The position numbers were made by a program, and so were the translations under genes. This document shows, piece by piece, positions 1 to 10,318 of a stretch of DNA of 64,000 bases (position 1 is the stretch's first letter; each line of letters starts with the position of its first letter). This DNA comes from Candidatus Omnitrophota bacterium. GTDB taxonomy: Bacteria > Omnitrophota > Gorgyraeia > Zapsychrales > Fredricksoniimonadaceae. The notes below the pieces were generated by a model that saw only the letters and a program-made list of their open reading frames with translations, ran no database searches and was not told the DNA's origin. The stretch lies in the NCBI GenBank assembly GCA_044225175.1, contig JBGAJA010000003.1, positions 133,428 through 197,427 on the forward strand, read 5' to 3'.

Positions 1-2
1 GG

Positions 3-1958
3 TATTCCACCCAAGAAATGGATCAAATTGTCCGGGAAGTTCAAGATTTAGAAAAGAAGGGATTGGCTGGGGGCAACTTGCTTAGGTTCTATGCCTTGTT
101 GAAACGCATTGAGAACATTATTCGATTTCATGCCAGAGAAACGATTAATCAGTATCAGGAGATGGCCCAGCAACTGGCAAAAGCAATAGAGATGCAAAAT
201 AGTATTTGGGTCGAGAATTTTTCTTCTAATTTATTTAGGGCTGATGCTATTTATCTTTTATCAGCGCTTTTGAGTGATATTAAGAAAAAGGTAATGGAAA
301 AAGTGGAGATTTCGGGATGGCAAGTCGTGGTGCCTGGGCAGGCTAGTGGAAGGATGCATATACTTTCTTCCCTGGAAGACCTCTCTAGTGTCAAGTCGGA
401 TGAAATCATTGTCATTGAACGTCTGCCTTCTGATGCTCCTGCAATCACGAATGTTAAGGCGATCATTGTTTTAACGGAAGATGGTCTGCTTTCACATCCA
501 GCGATCAATGCCAGACAAAATAATATTCCGATGGTGGTTGCTCCTAGTCTAGATGTGCTTGTTGACTTAAACGGCAAGAATGTGGTTTTAAAGACACAAG
601 GAGATGAGGATGTAGTTATAACAGAAACGCACGAAAAACTGCAGATCAAGACTTCTATGTTGCGTGAAAAAGAGAAGATAACTATTCAACCGATCAAACC
701 GGATCTTAATCCCCAGGCAGGTTTTATTATCGATCAAAAAGATTATCAGCAAAAAACTGTGGGAAACAAGGCCTTTCGATTGGGGCGGATTTCTTCGAAA
801 TCAACCCCCAATGAGCGGCCAACAAAACATTTCGCATTGAGCTTTGGCTTGCATAACCATGTCCTTCATTTACCGGAAAATGAAAAGATTAAAAATTTGT
901 TGGATCAGCTTTATTTAGACCTGCAAAGGGAAATGAATTTAGTTAAAAAAGCCAATTTATTGGTGCAGATGCGAAGCGCTGTAAGAAGGCTAGAGGTCCC
1001 TGAAAGTATTCTCGATGCTATTGTGAGCAAGATTAAAACAGACTTTAACCATCCTAAGAATGTTTTTATAAGATCAACCACCAATGTGGAAGACCTGCCT
1101 GATTATTCCGGGGCAGGTCTCTATGATTCTTTCGGTACTATTAAGCCAGAACATCAAGCAATAGACATGGCTATTAAGAATGTATGGGCTTCTATCTGGA
1201 ATGAAAGGGCATTTTTAGATAGGGAACTCCATGGGATTGACCATAAACAAGCCATGCCGGCAGTGCTTATTCAGGAAACAATTATTCCTAAGTATGCCTT
1301 TGTTGTACACACTCAGAACCCATCCAATCCTGAAGAATGGGTCATTGAATTGGTCCAGGGCTTTGGCGAATCTTTAGTCAGTGGGGAAGAAGATTTCATT
1401 GGGTCACCGTATCGCTATGTTTATAATCGGAAAACCGGAATGATAAAAATGGTCCGTTTTTCAAGTAAGGGAAAGATATTGAGTATCGGTGTTGATGGAG
1501 AAACAAGGACTTTCATTGCTAATTACATTGATGATCCCTTGGACGCTGAAGAGGCTCCTGAGGTCATTAAAAGTATTGTAGAGTCAACTTTACAGATCGA
1601 GTCACAATATGGTACAGCGCAAGATATTGAAGGGGCTATTGTGATGGAAGACCAAAGGCACATGCAATTTTCCTTACTGCAGTCAAGAAATCAAGTAAAT
1701 CAATTTTGGGAACCCCAGCTGGTCACAGCTCTTGTTCCTGCTGCTAATCAGGCCATGACAAGTAATGTGGGAGGAATCGATTTTAATCCCAGTAATTTAA
1801 AATTACGCCAACAAGGTAAAAATGAGGACTTTCAATTTAACTTCAAATCCTTGCGAAATATTAAGTCGAATACCATTCAAGGCGTTTCTCCAACCATTGT
1901 TAATATTACACCTGTTACAAACTTTCTATTGTTACTTGGATTAGGCAAAGATAAATAA
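3..1958 (+). CDS. 3' part of a large modular protein: phosphohistidine domain, then PPDK-type nucleotide-binding domain (glucan/phosphoglucan water dikinase-like), then C-terminal NQAM/GGID domain; open at the window edge
   Basis: No stop upstream of the ATG at 18 in this frame. Motifs LLSHPAINAR (phospho-His), RSTTNVEDLPDYSGAGLYDS, AVLIQE, QDIEG, LLQSRNQ. Tail NQAMTSNVGGIDFN. Confidence 0.75.
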   Translation, partial: YSTQEMDQIVREVQDLEKKGLAGGNLLRFYALLKRIENIIRFHARETINQYQEMAQQLAKAIEMQNSIWVENFSSNLFRADAIYLLSALLSDIKKKVMEKVEISGWQVVVPGQASGRMHILSSLEDLSSVKSDEIIVIERLPSDAPAITNVKAIIVLTEDGLLSHPAINARQNNIPMVVAPSLDVLVDLNGKNVVLKTQGDEDVVITETHEKLQIKTSMLREKEKITIQPIKPDLNPQAGFIIDQKDYQQKTVGNKAFRLGRISSKSTPNERPTKHFALSFGLHNHVLHLPENEKIKNLLDQLYLDLQREMNLVKKANLLVQMRSAVRRLEVPESILDAIVSKIKTDFNHPKNVFIRSTTNVEDLPDYSGAGLYDSFGTIKPEHQAIDMAIKNVWASIWNERAFLDRELHGIDHKQAMPAVLIQETIIPKYAFVVHTQNPSNPEEWVIELVQGFGESLVSGEEDFIGSPYRYVYNRKTGMIKMVRFSSKGKILSIGVDGETRTFIANYIDDPLDAEEAPEVIKSIVESTLQIESQYGTAQDIEGAIVMEDQRHMQFSLLQSRNQVNQFWEPQLVTALVPAANQAMTSNVGGIDFNPSNLKLRQQGKNEDFQFNFKSLRNIKSNTIQGVSPTIVNITPVTNFLLLLGLGKDK

Positions 1959-2046
1959 GCTGAACAATTAATTTAGGATGGTTTAAAAGCACACGCTTGC
2001 AGCAGTATATATTGCAGGCGTTTTGTATTTTGATAGAATGGTTCCC

Positions 2047-2604
2047 ATGTCTATTAAGTTTTGGATGTTTTTTATTCTGGTCATTCTTGCAAGCGGTTGT
2101 CAGCCATCCCATCAAGAACGTCAATACATAGAAATTTCAATGGAAGCTCCTTCTGAGAAATCCTTGATTGAAGACAAAATTTCCTGGGACACTCCCCAGG
2201 CTTGGAAAGAAGAATTAGGCAGTGGCCTTCGATTAGTTTCTTTTCATTTAGATTCAGATAGAGAAGCTATTGATTGTTCTATTGTGTCATTAGAAGGAAT
2301 GGCAGGCACTTTAGAATCAAACCTTGTGCGTTGGATGGGGCAACTTGGCCTCAAGGATGATCCAGAGAGTTTAAGAAAGCTGATCAGTGAAGCACAGACG
2401 GTAAGAACAAAAGATGGTCTTGAAGCCAAAGTATTTGATTTTATGAAGATCATGCCTTCCTTAAAGAGTTCAGATCAAACTATGATGGCCGCTATGCTTA
2501 CTATGGATAAGACAACTATTTTTGTGAAGATGACAGGTCAATTTGAAGCGGTGAAAGAACATAAGGCTAATTTTTTGAAGTTGGTCACCTCTATTCGTCA
2601 ATAA
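2047..2604 (+). CDS. lipoprotein leading the cytochrome c biogenesis operon
   Basis: Lipobox LASGC; NLVRWMGQLGL and TIFVKMTG motifs; 5 nt from the resB-like gene; start is 2038 or 2047. Confidence 0.6.
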   Translation: MSIKFWMFFILVILASGCQPSHQERQYIEISMEAPSEKSLIEDKISWDTPQAWKEELGSGLRLVSFHLDSDREAIDCSIVSLEGMAGTLESNLVRWMGQLGLKDDPESLRKLISEAQTVRTKDGLEAKVFDFMKIMPSLKSSDQTMMAAMLTMDKTTIFVKMTGQFEAVKEHKANFLKLVTSIRQ

Positions 2605-2609
2605 TACAT

Positions 2610-3662
2610 ATGCTTAAACTTTTAAGTTCAACTCGAATAACGGTTGTTTGTTTATTTCTACTCTTTATTCTCACTTTTTGGGGAACAATCGCACAGGTCC
2701 ATCAGGGATTGTATGCAGCCCAAGAACGTTTTTTTAATTCATTTTTCTTTCTTGCCGCAGGTTTTATTCCATTTCCAGGGGCACAGCTGATCTTATGGGT
2801 TCTATTTATTAACCTTGTTTCTATGACTATTTTGACTTTCAAGAAACATACTCAATTGTCTTATATGGGGCTTTTGATAACACATCTTGGGATTCTGTTA
2901 TATTTTGTTGCGGCATTTTTAGTTTTTCATGTCTATAAAGAATCAGCAGTACGCCTATCTCCAGGGACAGCAACGAATGTGTCGTCTTCTTATACTGAAT
3001 GGGAAGTGGCCTATTGGGTTGGCAATGATAAGAGAGAACATCAAGTGAATGCCATCGATACGAATACCTTAAAATCGGGTGTAAAGGTCCCTTTTGCAAA
3101 CAAGGATTTTACTCTTATTGTTAAGGAGTTTTATCCCAATAGTGAGGTGTCAAAGAGTTCTATATCTCCTAAGGCGATTTTAAAACAAAGAGAAGAGAAC
3201 ATTGCAGGGGGGGTCTTTAATTTGCGTTTGGAAGATAAGTCTTATGATCTGATCTTATATGGAATGGAATCTCGGCCAACAGAGGTTATGATCAAAGGAA
3301 AGTTGTATCATTTCATGTTGCGTCATAAAAGATTCCCTCTTCCTTTTGTGATCAAATTAGATCATTTTAAAGCTGAATTTCATTCTGGAACAGACATGGC
3401 AAAAAGTTTTGAGAGTTTGGTCACTATTTCTACAGGGGCTTTGGAGCGCCAGGTGCGCATCTACATGAACAATCCTTTACGCTACAAAGATTACACTCTC
3501 TATCAAGCTTCCTATGATGTTGATGAGCAAGGAAGACAATCTTCCACATTAGCTGTGGTTAGAAATTCAGCTAGAATTTTGCCTTACATTGCATGCTTTA
3601 TTGTTTTCTTTGGATTAGCTTTACACTTTCTGACTCAGGCCCTTATTTCGAAGAGATCATGA
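2610..3662 (+). CDS. ResB/CcsB-like cytochrome c biogenesis protein
   Basis: N-terminal TMs with GTIAQ, LLITHLG His, IYMNNPLRYKDYTLYQASY motif, C-terminal TM. Confidence 0.8.
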   Translation: MLKLLSSTRITVVCLFLLFILTFWGTIAQVHQGLYAAQERFFNSFFFLAAGFIPFPGAQLILWVLFINLVSMTILTFKKHTQLSYMGLLITHLGILLYFVAAFLVFHVYKESAVRLSPGTATNVSSSYTEWEVAYWVGNDKREHQVNAIDTNTLKSGVKVPFANKDFTLIVKEFYPNSEVSKSSISPKAILKQREENIAGGVFNLRLEDKSYDLILYGMESRPTEVMIKGKLYHFMLRHKRFPLPFVIKLDHFKAEFHSGTDMAKSFESLVTISTGALERQVRIYMNNPLRYKDYTLYQASYDVDEQGRQSSTLAVVRNSARILPYIACFIVFFGLALHFLTQALISKRS

Positions 3663-5500
3663 GAAAATTTATATTTCTGATTCTAATCCTAATTCTTTCT
3701 TGTTCAGCTCAGGCTTTCGCGGATCCTGGAATTAAAGATATTAATCATTTTAAGAATATCCCCGTTCTTGATGGTGGGCGTATTAAACCTTTGGATACAT
3801 ATGCTCGCAGTGTGTTGACACAACTATCAGGAAAAGATCATTATGAGCAAAAAAGCGCTTCTCACTGGCTCGCTTCTGTTTTTTTCAATCCTTCCTCGAC
3901 AAGTAATGACAAGATATTCTTAATCAATAATCCTGATGTTTTAACCGCTCTAGGGATCATGCCAGAAGTTCACAGACGCTATACCCCTAATCAACTGCGC
4001 ACATCGTATAAGAAGCTTTCTGAGCTTCAACAAGCAGCCATCAGGATTTCTGAGAAAGAACGTTCTATTGTGGACAATGAAATCATACGGGTCTTTGATA
4101 ATGTCCATTTGTATGTGGATCTTTCCAGTTCATTCTCATTTGTTTTTCCTCAAGCAAATTTTACGATTAAATCTAAATCTACAAAAATGAAGCTTGGGCT
4201 TAAAGAAGATCGTGATCAATTTAGCTTTATTGAGATTGCCCTTCATGCCAAAGAGATGGCAGAAATGACTAAGTCCAATGATACGGAGATCATACAAACA
4301 GGAATTAATTTATTACATTGGTCTAAAAACTATACCGATCTTCCTTTTACTGTGATTCCTGCCCATGAAAAAGGCAAGTGGGTGAGTCCTTGGGATGCAT
4401 TGATCTTTAGTTTTAATACTAAGGATGATCGTCAGCTAGTATTGTTGTGGGCTAATATGGCAATTAGATATACCCAAGGTAATCAAGTTGAGTTTGATCG
4501 AGCCGTGCAAGAATATATAGAAATTCTTCAAGGGAGATTATCAAAAGAAGAGTCCAAAAGCGTGCGTAAGTTTCCTCTCGAGTTGGTTTATCATGTCAGC
4601 AGTCCATTTACTTGGGCAATCATGTTGTATATTGCTACATTTTTATTTTTTGTAATCTCTTTTACTTCCTCTCGAAAGATTTGGTATCAGCTGGGAGTTT
4701 TGAGTGTCTTTGCAGCATTTGCTATCCATGGCATAGGATTACTTATGCGGATTATCATCATGGGACGACCGCCAGTTTCCAGTCTTTATGAAACATTTAT
4801 TTTTGTTGGTTTTATTTCTGTATTCTTAGGGTTGATGATTGAGCATTACAATAGACAATGGCTAGGGATGATTACAGCTTCTATCAGTGGGGCAGCTTTA
4901 TTATTTATTGCTAATAAATATAGCGCTGAAGGGGATACTCTAAAAGTTTTGATTGCTGTTTTGAATTCTAATTTTTGGTTAGCTACTCATGTGACGACTA
5001 TTACTATGGGATATGGAGCAACCTGTGTCGGAGGATTGTTAGGTCATATTTGGTTAATTCAGGCTATATTCAAGAAAGATCGTCAAATATTAGATCAAAC
5101 GTATAAAACCACGCTCGGGATTTTAGGTGTGGCTCTTACTTTAACGTTTCTTGGAACAAACCTTGGTGGCATCTGGGCTGATCAAAGCTGGGGGAGATTT
5201 TGGGGGTGGGACCCCAAAGAAAATGGGGCTTTGATGATTGTGCTTTGGATAGCTATGCTTTTTCATGCCAAAGTTGCGCAAATAATAGGGCCTCTAGGAC
5301 TTGCAGTTGGCAGTGTGATTGGTATGATGGTTGTGATGTGGGCATGGTTTGGTGTTAATCTTTTAAGCGTTGGTCTTCATTCGTATGGTTTTACATCGGG
5401 GATATCTGCTTCATTACTGATGTATGTTGTTTTTGAATTGGTTTTTATCATTGGCTCTATTATTTTAATCCGTATCATCCATAAGAAGGAATCCATATGA
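3659..5500 (+). CDS. ccsA: cytochrome c biogenesis protein CcsA (System II, WWD domain)
   Basis: GGIWADQSWGRFWGWDPKENGAL, WLATHV, GLHSYG; ATG 3659 overlaps the upstream stop (ATGA). Confidence 0.9.
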   Translation: MRKFIFLILILILSCSAQAFADPGIKDINHFKNIPVLDGGRIKPLDTYARSVLTQLSGKDHYEQKSASHWLASVFFNPSSTSNDKIFLINNPDVLTALGIMPEVHRRYTPNQLRTSYKKLSELQQAAIRISEKERSIVDNEIIRVFDNVHLYVDLSSSFSFVFPQANFTIKSKSTKMKLGLKEDRDQFSFIEIALHAKEMAEMTKSNDTEIIQTGINLLHWSKNYTDLPFTVIPAHEKGKWVSPWDALIFSFNTKDDRQLVLLWANMAIRYTQGNQVEFDRAVQEYIEILQGRLSKEESKSVRKFPLELVYHVSSPFTWAIMLYIATFLFFVISFTSSRKIWYQLGVLSVFAAFAIHGIGLLMRIIIMGRPPVSSLYETFIFVGFISVFLGLMIEHYNRQWLGMITASISGAALLFIANKYSAEGDTLKVLIAVLNSNFWLATHVTTITMGYGATCVGGLLGHIWLIQAIFKKDRQILDQTYKTTLGILGVALTLTFLGTNLGGIWADQSWGRFWGWDPKENGALMIVLWIAMLFHAKVAQIIGPLGLAVGSVIGMMVVMWAWFGVNLLSVGLHSYGFTSGISASLLMYVVFELVFIIGSIILIRIIHKKESI

Positions 5501-5808
5501 AAAAATTTCTACTTTTATTCTTGTGTTTAATTTTGATGAGTTGTGCGCGACGTATAGTTGAATATCAATCTCATATGAGGCTAGATTACGGAATGCCTAA
5601 GCAGCATGTCCTTGAAGTTTTGGGACCCCCAAGTGAGAAGGAAGTTTATCAAAGGAAGGATCAAAGAATTGTTGAGTATTTAATATATAAGAATTTCGTA
5701 TCGTATGAACCTAAAACACCCATCTGTTTTATTAATAATAAACTTGTCGGCTGGGGAAGAACGTATTATCAAGACCATTTAAATGAACAAGACTTGAGAT
5801 TGAAATAG
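5497..5808 (+). CDS. small lipoprotein, SmpA/OmlA(BamE)-like fold
   Basis: Lipobox LMSC; GMPKQHVLEVLGPP; FINNKLVGWG. Confidence 0.6.
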   Translation: MKKFLLLFLCLILMSCARRIVEYQSHMRLDYGMPKQHVLEVLGPPSEKEVYQRKDQRIVEYLIYKNFVSYEPKTPICFINNKLVGWGRTYYQDHLNEQDLRLK

Positions 5809-5832
5809 TAGAGATTTTTAAAAGCAAGTTTG

Positions 5833-7083
5833 TTAGCGAATCCACCCAAAAAGAATATAGCAGATACCCGCTCCTGCCACGGCCATTGTTAATCCAAAGC
5901 TTAAGAGGTGGCGAAATAATTTTTCTTTATCTTCGTGAATGGCGCTTGCTATACATAAAGCTCCCAGTGACGAAAGAGGGCTAATATCTACTAGATGCGC
6001 GCCAACATTGATAGAAGAGATGATGGCAGTTACATTTCCACCCCCAATTTTTTCAATTAAATCTGGAACTAGAGGAATAAAGGTAGGCAGCACAACTCCT
6101 GATGAACTGGAGAATGCTGAAATAAGGCCGGTAATAAAAGCAATAATTCCGGTTACTGTATAGGGTGTTGATATTTTTGCCAAAAGGTCTGTAAAGAGTC
6201 CTAACCCTCCTAGCATTTCAAGTACCCCAATTAGCATATTGATTCCGCACACCATCAGAATAGTATCCCATGGAATTTGCCTGACAGCTTCTTTGCCATC
6301 AGTGACATTTAAAAGTGTAAGTCCGCAAGCCAAGAGTATCGAGAGGAAACCAATATCGGTTTTTAGAAAAACCGTGCAAATAATCAAAATGATGATAGCA
6401 AAAAGAGTTAGTTTTTGATGATTAGACCATGGAATATTAAGTAGAGTAATTTTTGCCTCACTGGCATGTGTGTGTTTAGCGCTATGTTTTATTTTTGCGT
6501 AGAATATTGCGAAACATAGAGCGGCAAGGAGACTTTGAGCTAAGAAATTAGGAAGAAAGACCTGTTGCCATGGATCCATGTTGACGCCAAGGTTGGCTAT
6601 AAGTCCATTAGCAATAATACCAGTTAAGGCAAATGGTGAGAAAGTTCCAGCATTAGCTCCACAGATGAGCACAATTGTCATGAAGAAAGCTCCAATTCCT
6701 GTTTCCCAAGCAATCGTCATAGCAACGGGAGCTAAGAGTGCAACGGCACCGATATTGCCTGCTCCGATTGTAGAAAATATTGCGGCAAGTATAAAAAAGA
6801 GTAGGGGTGTTGCCATGGTTTTGCCTTTGAGGATACCAAGCGCACCTTGGGCCAATCTTTCTAGCGTGCCATTATGTTTGGCCAATCCAAATAAATAAGT
6901 TATACCCACAAGAACGATGAACATATAGGCAGGAAATCCGGCAGCAATCTGAGTGATGCTCATATGGGCAACATAATGTCCTAAAAGCCATGCCACCCCC
7001 AGAGAAAGAAGACCAGGATTAATTTTTGTGAAACAACTTAAGGCAATTACTGCAAAGAAAGCAGCTAAAGAGAGTAGTTCCAT
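5833..7083 (-). CDS. ion-transporter superfamily permease (SLC13/CitMHS-like)
   Basis: Multi-TM; NGTLERLA, GANAGTFSPF, DISPLSSLGALC motifs. Confidence 0.75.
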   Translation of the reverse strand: MELLSLAAFFAVIALSCFTKINPGLLSLGVAWLLGHYVAHMSITQIAAGFPAYMFIVLVGITYLFGLAKHNGTLERLAQGALGILKGKTMATPLLFFILAAIFSTIGAGNIGAVALLAPVAMTIAWETGIGAFFMTIVLICGANAGTFSPFALTGIIANGLIANLGVNMDPWQQVFLPNFLAQSLLAALCFAIFYAKIKHSAKHTHASEAKITLLNIPWSNHQKLTLFAIIILIICTVFLKTDIGFLSILLACGLTLLNVTDGKEAVRQIPWDTILMVCGINMLIGVLEMLGGLGLFTDLLAKISTPYTVTGIIAFITGLISAFSSSSGVVLPTFIPLVPDLIEKIGGGNVTAIISSINVGAHLVDISPLSSLGALCIASAIHEDKEKLFRHLLSFGLTMAVAGAGICYILFGWIR

Positions 7084-7217
7084 ATCATTAGATTAGCACA
7101 GATGTATAAGAATGGAATAGGGCTATACTTTTAAAATATAAGTGATATTTATTTTTAGGAAAGATACTAATGGTCATGTCCGAAAACGGCTATTCATAGG
7201 ACTTAAAGAGTGTTAGT

Positions 7218-8663
7218 ATGCACTCTATGAATAAAGAAGATGTCTTTTATCAAGCCATGCTCACCCGAGACAATCGATTTGATGGCAAGTTCTTCGTTGG
7301 GGTTAAGACGACCGGAATTTATTGTCGTCCTATCTGTCCTGCCAAACCCAAACGAGAAAATGTTGAGTTCTTCGCCAATGCCTATTTAGCTGAGAAAGCA
7401 GGTTACAGGCCATGCTTAAGATGTCGTCCTGAGGTTGCTCCCCAATCTCCTGCCTGGATGGGTAAATCTGCAGTTGTTCAAAGAGCGCTTCGAAAGATCC
7501 ATAGTTACGATGTGCTTGAACTTAATGAAGAAGAATTCGCTTCAAGTTTCGGGATTGGTTCCAGACATTTAAGACGTCTTTTTATGGACGAGATTGGTAA
7601 AACTCCTAAACAAATTGCTTTTGAGCATAGACTGAATTTGTCCCATAAACTCATTGTCGAAACATCGCTTCCTATTACAGAAATCGCTTACGCTTCAGGA
7701 TTTGGATCGATTCGAAGATTCAATGATGCATTTAAGATTCGTTTTAGAAAGAAACCTTCTGAGCTAAGAAGAAATAAAACAGATCCATCTAAAGCGCTCA
7801 CTGTTGCACTTGCCTATAGACCACCTTTTGATTTTGAAAGAATTCTTCGATTCTATCAATCTCATCAAATAGGGAATTTAGAGAGATTTGAAGAAGGCAA
7901 GATGACGCGGGTCATTACGATCAATGGCGAGCACGGAATCATTATAATTGCAAATGATCCAAAGAAGAACGCTCTTATCCTGGAGATTGATTTTCCGCAA
8001 ATAAGTGCTATTCATATGATTATTTCTCGTGTGAGGCGTCTGTTTGATCTTGATTCTGATCCTGTTTTGATAGCCAATGCCTTTGATGCAGATCCAGCCC
8101 TAGCCAAACTTCTTAAGAAATATCCAGGTCTAAGAATACCAACGGGATGGGAGCCTTTTGAAATTGGAATTGCAACAATTTTAGGGCAATTGGTCAGTAT
8201 TAAACAGGCCTATAGCCTGGTGAATGACCTCATTGAGTTTTATGGGGAAGAATCAACTATCACGATGGATGGACAAAGGATTAAATTGTTCCCATCTCCT
8301 TTAACCATTGCTAAAAGTGATCTTGCCAAATTAAAGACCACAGGTCGGCGGAAGGAAACACTAAGAAGCTTTTCTAAAGCAGTTTTAGATGGAACAATTT
8401 CTTTGGATCGTACTCAGAATATGGAAGAATTTCGTCAAAAGCTTCTTGCTATTAAAGGTATTGGGAAGTGGACAGCAGATTATATGTCTCTTAAAGTGTT
8501 AGGTCATACGGATGCTTTTCCAGAAAGTGATTTGATTTTAGCTAGAGCCCTTGAATTGCATCCCAAAGGAGCAATCGCACGTCTAAGTCCGTGGCGCGGT
8601 TATGCAGCAATTTTGCTTTGGAGTGAATATGCTAATCAGTTAACCAAGAAAGCAGGTCAATGA
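7218..8663 (+). CDS. alkA: Ada Zn-binding/AraC-HTH fused to AlkA 3-methyladenine glycosylase
   Basis: GVKTTGIYCRPICPA, GYRPCLRCRP, AraC HTH, HhH motif LLAIKGIGKWTADY. Confidence 0.9.
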   Translation: MHSMNKEDVFYQAMLTRDNRFDGKFFVGVKTTGIYCRPICPAKPKRENVEFFANAYLAEKAGYRPCLRCRPEVAPQSPAWMGKSAVVQRALRKIHSYDVLELNEEEFASSFGIGSRHLRRLFMDEIGKTPKQIAFEHRLNLSHKLIVETSLPITEIAYASGFGSIRRFNDAFKIRFRKKPSELRRNKTDPSKALTVALAYRPPFDFERILRFYQSHQIGNLERFEEGKMTRVITINGEHGIIIIANDPKKNALILEIDFPQISAIHMIISRVRRLFDLDSDPVLIANAFDADPALAKLLKKYPGLRIPTGWEPFEIGIATILGQLVSIKQAYSLVNDLIEFYGEESTITMDGQRIKLFPSPLTIAKSDLAKLKTTGRRKETLRSFSKAVLDGTISLDRTQNMEEFRQKLLAIKGIGKWTADYMSLKVLGHTDAFPESDLILARALELHPKGAIARLSPWRGYAAILLWSEYANQLTKKAGQ

Positions 8664-9136
8664 TGTACTCCATTCAATATTCTATAAGAACTCCGGTAGG
8701 TCCACTGTATCTAGTTGCTTCTAAGATCGGATTAGAGGGAGTGTTTTTTAATAAACAGAATGCTCCTATAGTCAAAGTTCTGGGATCTAAACCAGAAGAG
8801 AAAATATTGAACTCTACAAGTAAGCAAATCCAAGAATATTTTTCCGGGCAAAGGAAACAGTTTGACATTATCTTGAATCTTTCAGGAACTTCTTTTCAAA
8901 AGAAAGTTTGGAGGGAGTTATATAAGATCCCCTATGGGAAAACAGTATCTTACGGGGATATTGCCAGAAGAATTAAGAACCCTAAAGCTGTCCGTGCCGT
9001 TGGTTCGGCCAATGGAAAGAACCCCATTTGTGTAATTATCCCTTGCCATCGAGTGATTGCTTCCGACGGGTCTATAGGAGGGTATTCTGGTGGTCTTAAG
9101 ATCAAGCATCAACTTCTAAAACTCGAAGGTTGTTAA
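8660..9136 (+). CDS. ogt: methylated-DNA-protein-cysteine methyltransferase
   Basis: IPYGKTVSY, RAVGSANGKNP, active site PCHRV. Confidence 0.93.
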   Translation: MMYSIQYSIRTPVGPLYLVASKIGLEGVFFNKQNAPIVKVLGSKPEEKILNSTSKQIQEYFSGQRKQFDIILNLSGTSFQKKVWRELYKIPYGKTVSYGDIARRIKNPKAVRAVGSANGKNPICVIIPCHRVIASDGSIGGYSGGLKIKHQLLKLEGC

Positions 9137-9145
9137 TAAGATTAT

Positions 9146-9430
9146 ATGGCTATGAATGAAAATAACTGGATGGTTTATATCTTGCGATGTAAGGATGGTA
9201 GTTTGTATACAGGAGTCACAAATAACATTGAACGTCGCATTAAAATGCATGATAATGGCTCAGCATCTCGGTATACGCGCGTTCGTCTTCCGGTTAAATT
9301 GATTTATCACCAATCTGGAATGACAAGATCACAGGCTTTAATCAGAGAATGCGCTATTAAAAAGATGCCCAAGCAAGGCAAAGAACAATTAATACAATCC
9401 CAAAAGAAAATAATGGAGAAAGATATATGA
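9146..9430 (+). CDS. GIY-YIG nuclease (UPF0213/YhbQ-like)
   Basis: VYILRCKDGSLYTGVTNNIERRIKMH. Confidence 0.88.
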   Translation: MAMNENNWMVYILRCKDGSLYTGVTNNIERRIKMHDNGSASRYTRVRLPVKLIYHQSGMTRSQALIRECAIKKMPKQGKEQLIQSQKKIMEKDI

Positions 9431-9855
9431 TGCGCAAGTTCTTAATAAGTGGTGGGGTATTATTTTTCATGATGATTACGCCTGTCTTTGCCAAAGGAGC
9501 TAGTACAACTATTGATGACATTATTTCAAAGATGAAAATAGAGTTGAATTTAAGTGATAATCAAGTCATTGCCATTAAACCTATCGTCAAGAAAAGTGTT
9601 CTTAAACGTCAGGAGCTTCTGGCAAGCTTAGAAGGTGAATCAATTGTGAATAAGAAAAGTGTCAAGATTGCGATGAGAAAGATCAGAGATGAGGAGAACC
9701 AACAGCTAAGTCAGATTCTAAATCAAGAACAAATGGATAAACGAATTCAAAAACAGCATGTGAGAGAATCATTAAATAAAGACCAAATTGATTTCTCAGA
9801 AACTCTAAGCGAAGCGACTGCCCTAACGCCTCAAGGCGGATCTCTGCAGTTTTAA
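9427..9855 (+). CDS. secreted helical hypothetical protein
   Basis: Signal peptide ending VFA; LNLSDNQ ... ILNQEQ pattern. Confidence 0.6.
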   Translation: MMRKFLISGGVLFFMMITPVFAKGASTTIDDIISKMKIELNLSDNQVIAIKPIVKKSVLKRQELLASLEGESIVNKKSVKIAMRKIRDEENQQLSQILNQEQMDKRIQKQHVRESLNKDQIDFSETLSEATALTPQGGSLQF

Positions 9856-9880
9856 TAACCATTCTGCCATTATTATAAGA

Positions 9881-9909
9881 TTGACTCTCGCAGACGATAA
9901 GAGTACTAT
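9881..9909 (+). promoter_or_regulatory. sigma70-type promoter for infA
   Basis: TTGACT-17 nt-TACTAT. Confidence 0.6.
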
Positions 9910-10014
9910 CTGACTGACATTTGAGGGTACTTCTTGATTTTCTCCTGCCTCCTATGCGCTACACAAAGTACCAACCAGGCGCAATTCTTAACCAATCTAA
10001 AGGAAATATTAATT

Positions 10015-10236
10015 ATGTCTAAAGAAGAAGCCATTGAAGTGGAAGGTTTGATCCTCAAAGCGTTGTCAAATGCTCAATTTACAGTGGAAATGCCTAATGG
10101 CCATTTGATCACTGCCTACCCTGCAGGTAAAATGAGAAAGTTTTTTATTAAAATTATGCCGGGAGATAAAGTAACGGTGGCTCTTTCACCCTATGATCTG
10201 CGAAGAGGCAGAATTACATTTAGACATAAGGCTTAA
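10015..10236 (+). CDS. infA: translation initiation factor IF-1
   Basis: [11 protein letters not shown]...[33 protein letters not shown]; RBS AAGGA; true start 10015. Confidence 0.97.
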   Translation: MSKEEAIEVEGLILKALSNAQFTVEMPNGHLITAYPAGKMRKFFIKIMPGDKVTVALSPYDLRRGRITFRHKA

Positions 10237-10318
10237 TTAATTTTTGATCTGTTCATATCATTTCTAAACTCCTGCACTATAATGTTTGCAGGAGTTTTTA
10301 TTTTTAAAGGAGCAGCAT

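Noticed and set aside
18-1958. Ordinary PEP synthase (ppsA) starting at 18
   Set aside because: Domain order is reversed, there is no C-terminal PEP-binding barrel, and the frame is open past the window start.
7178-7193. Ada-box candidate upstream of ada/alkA
   Set aside because: Position is plausible, but it is a single instance with no consensus I can verify.
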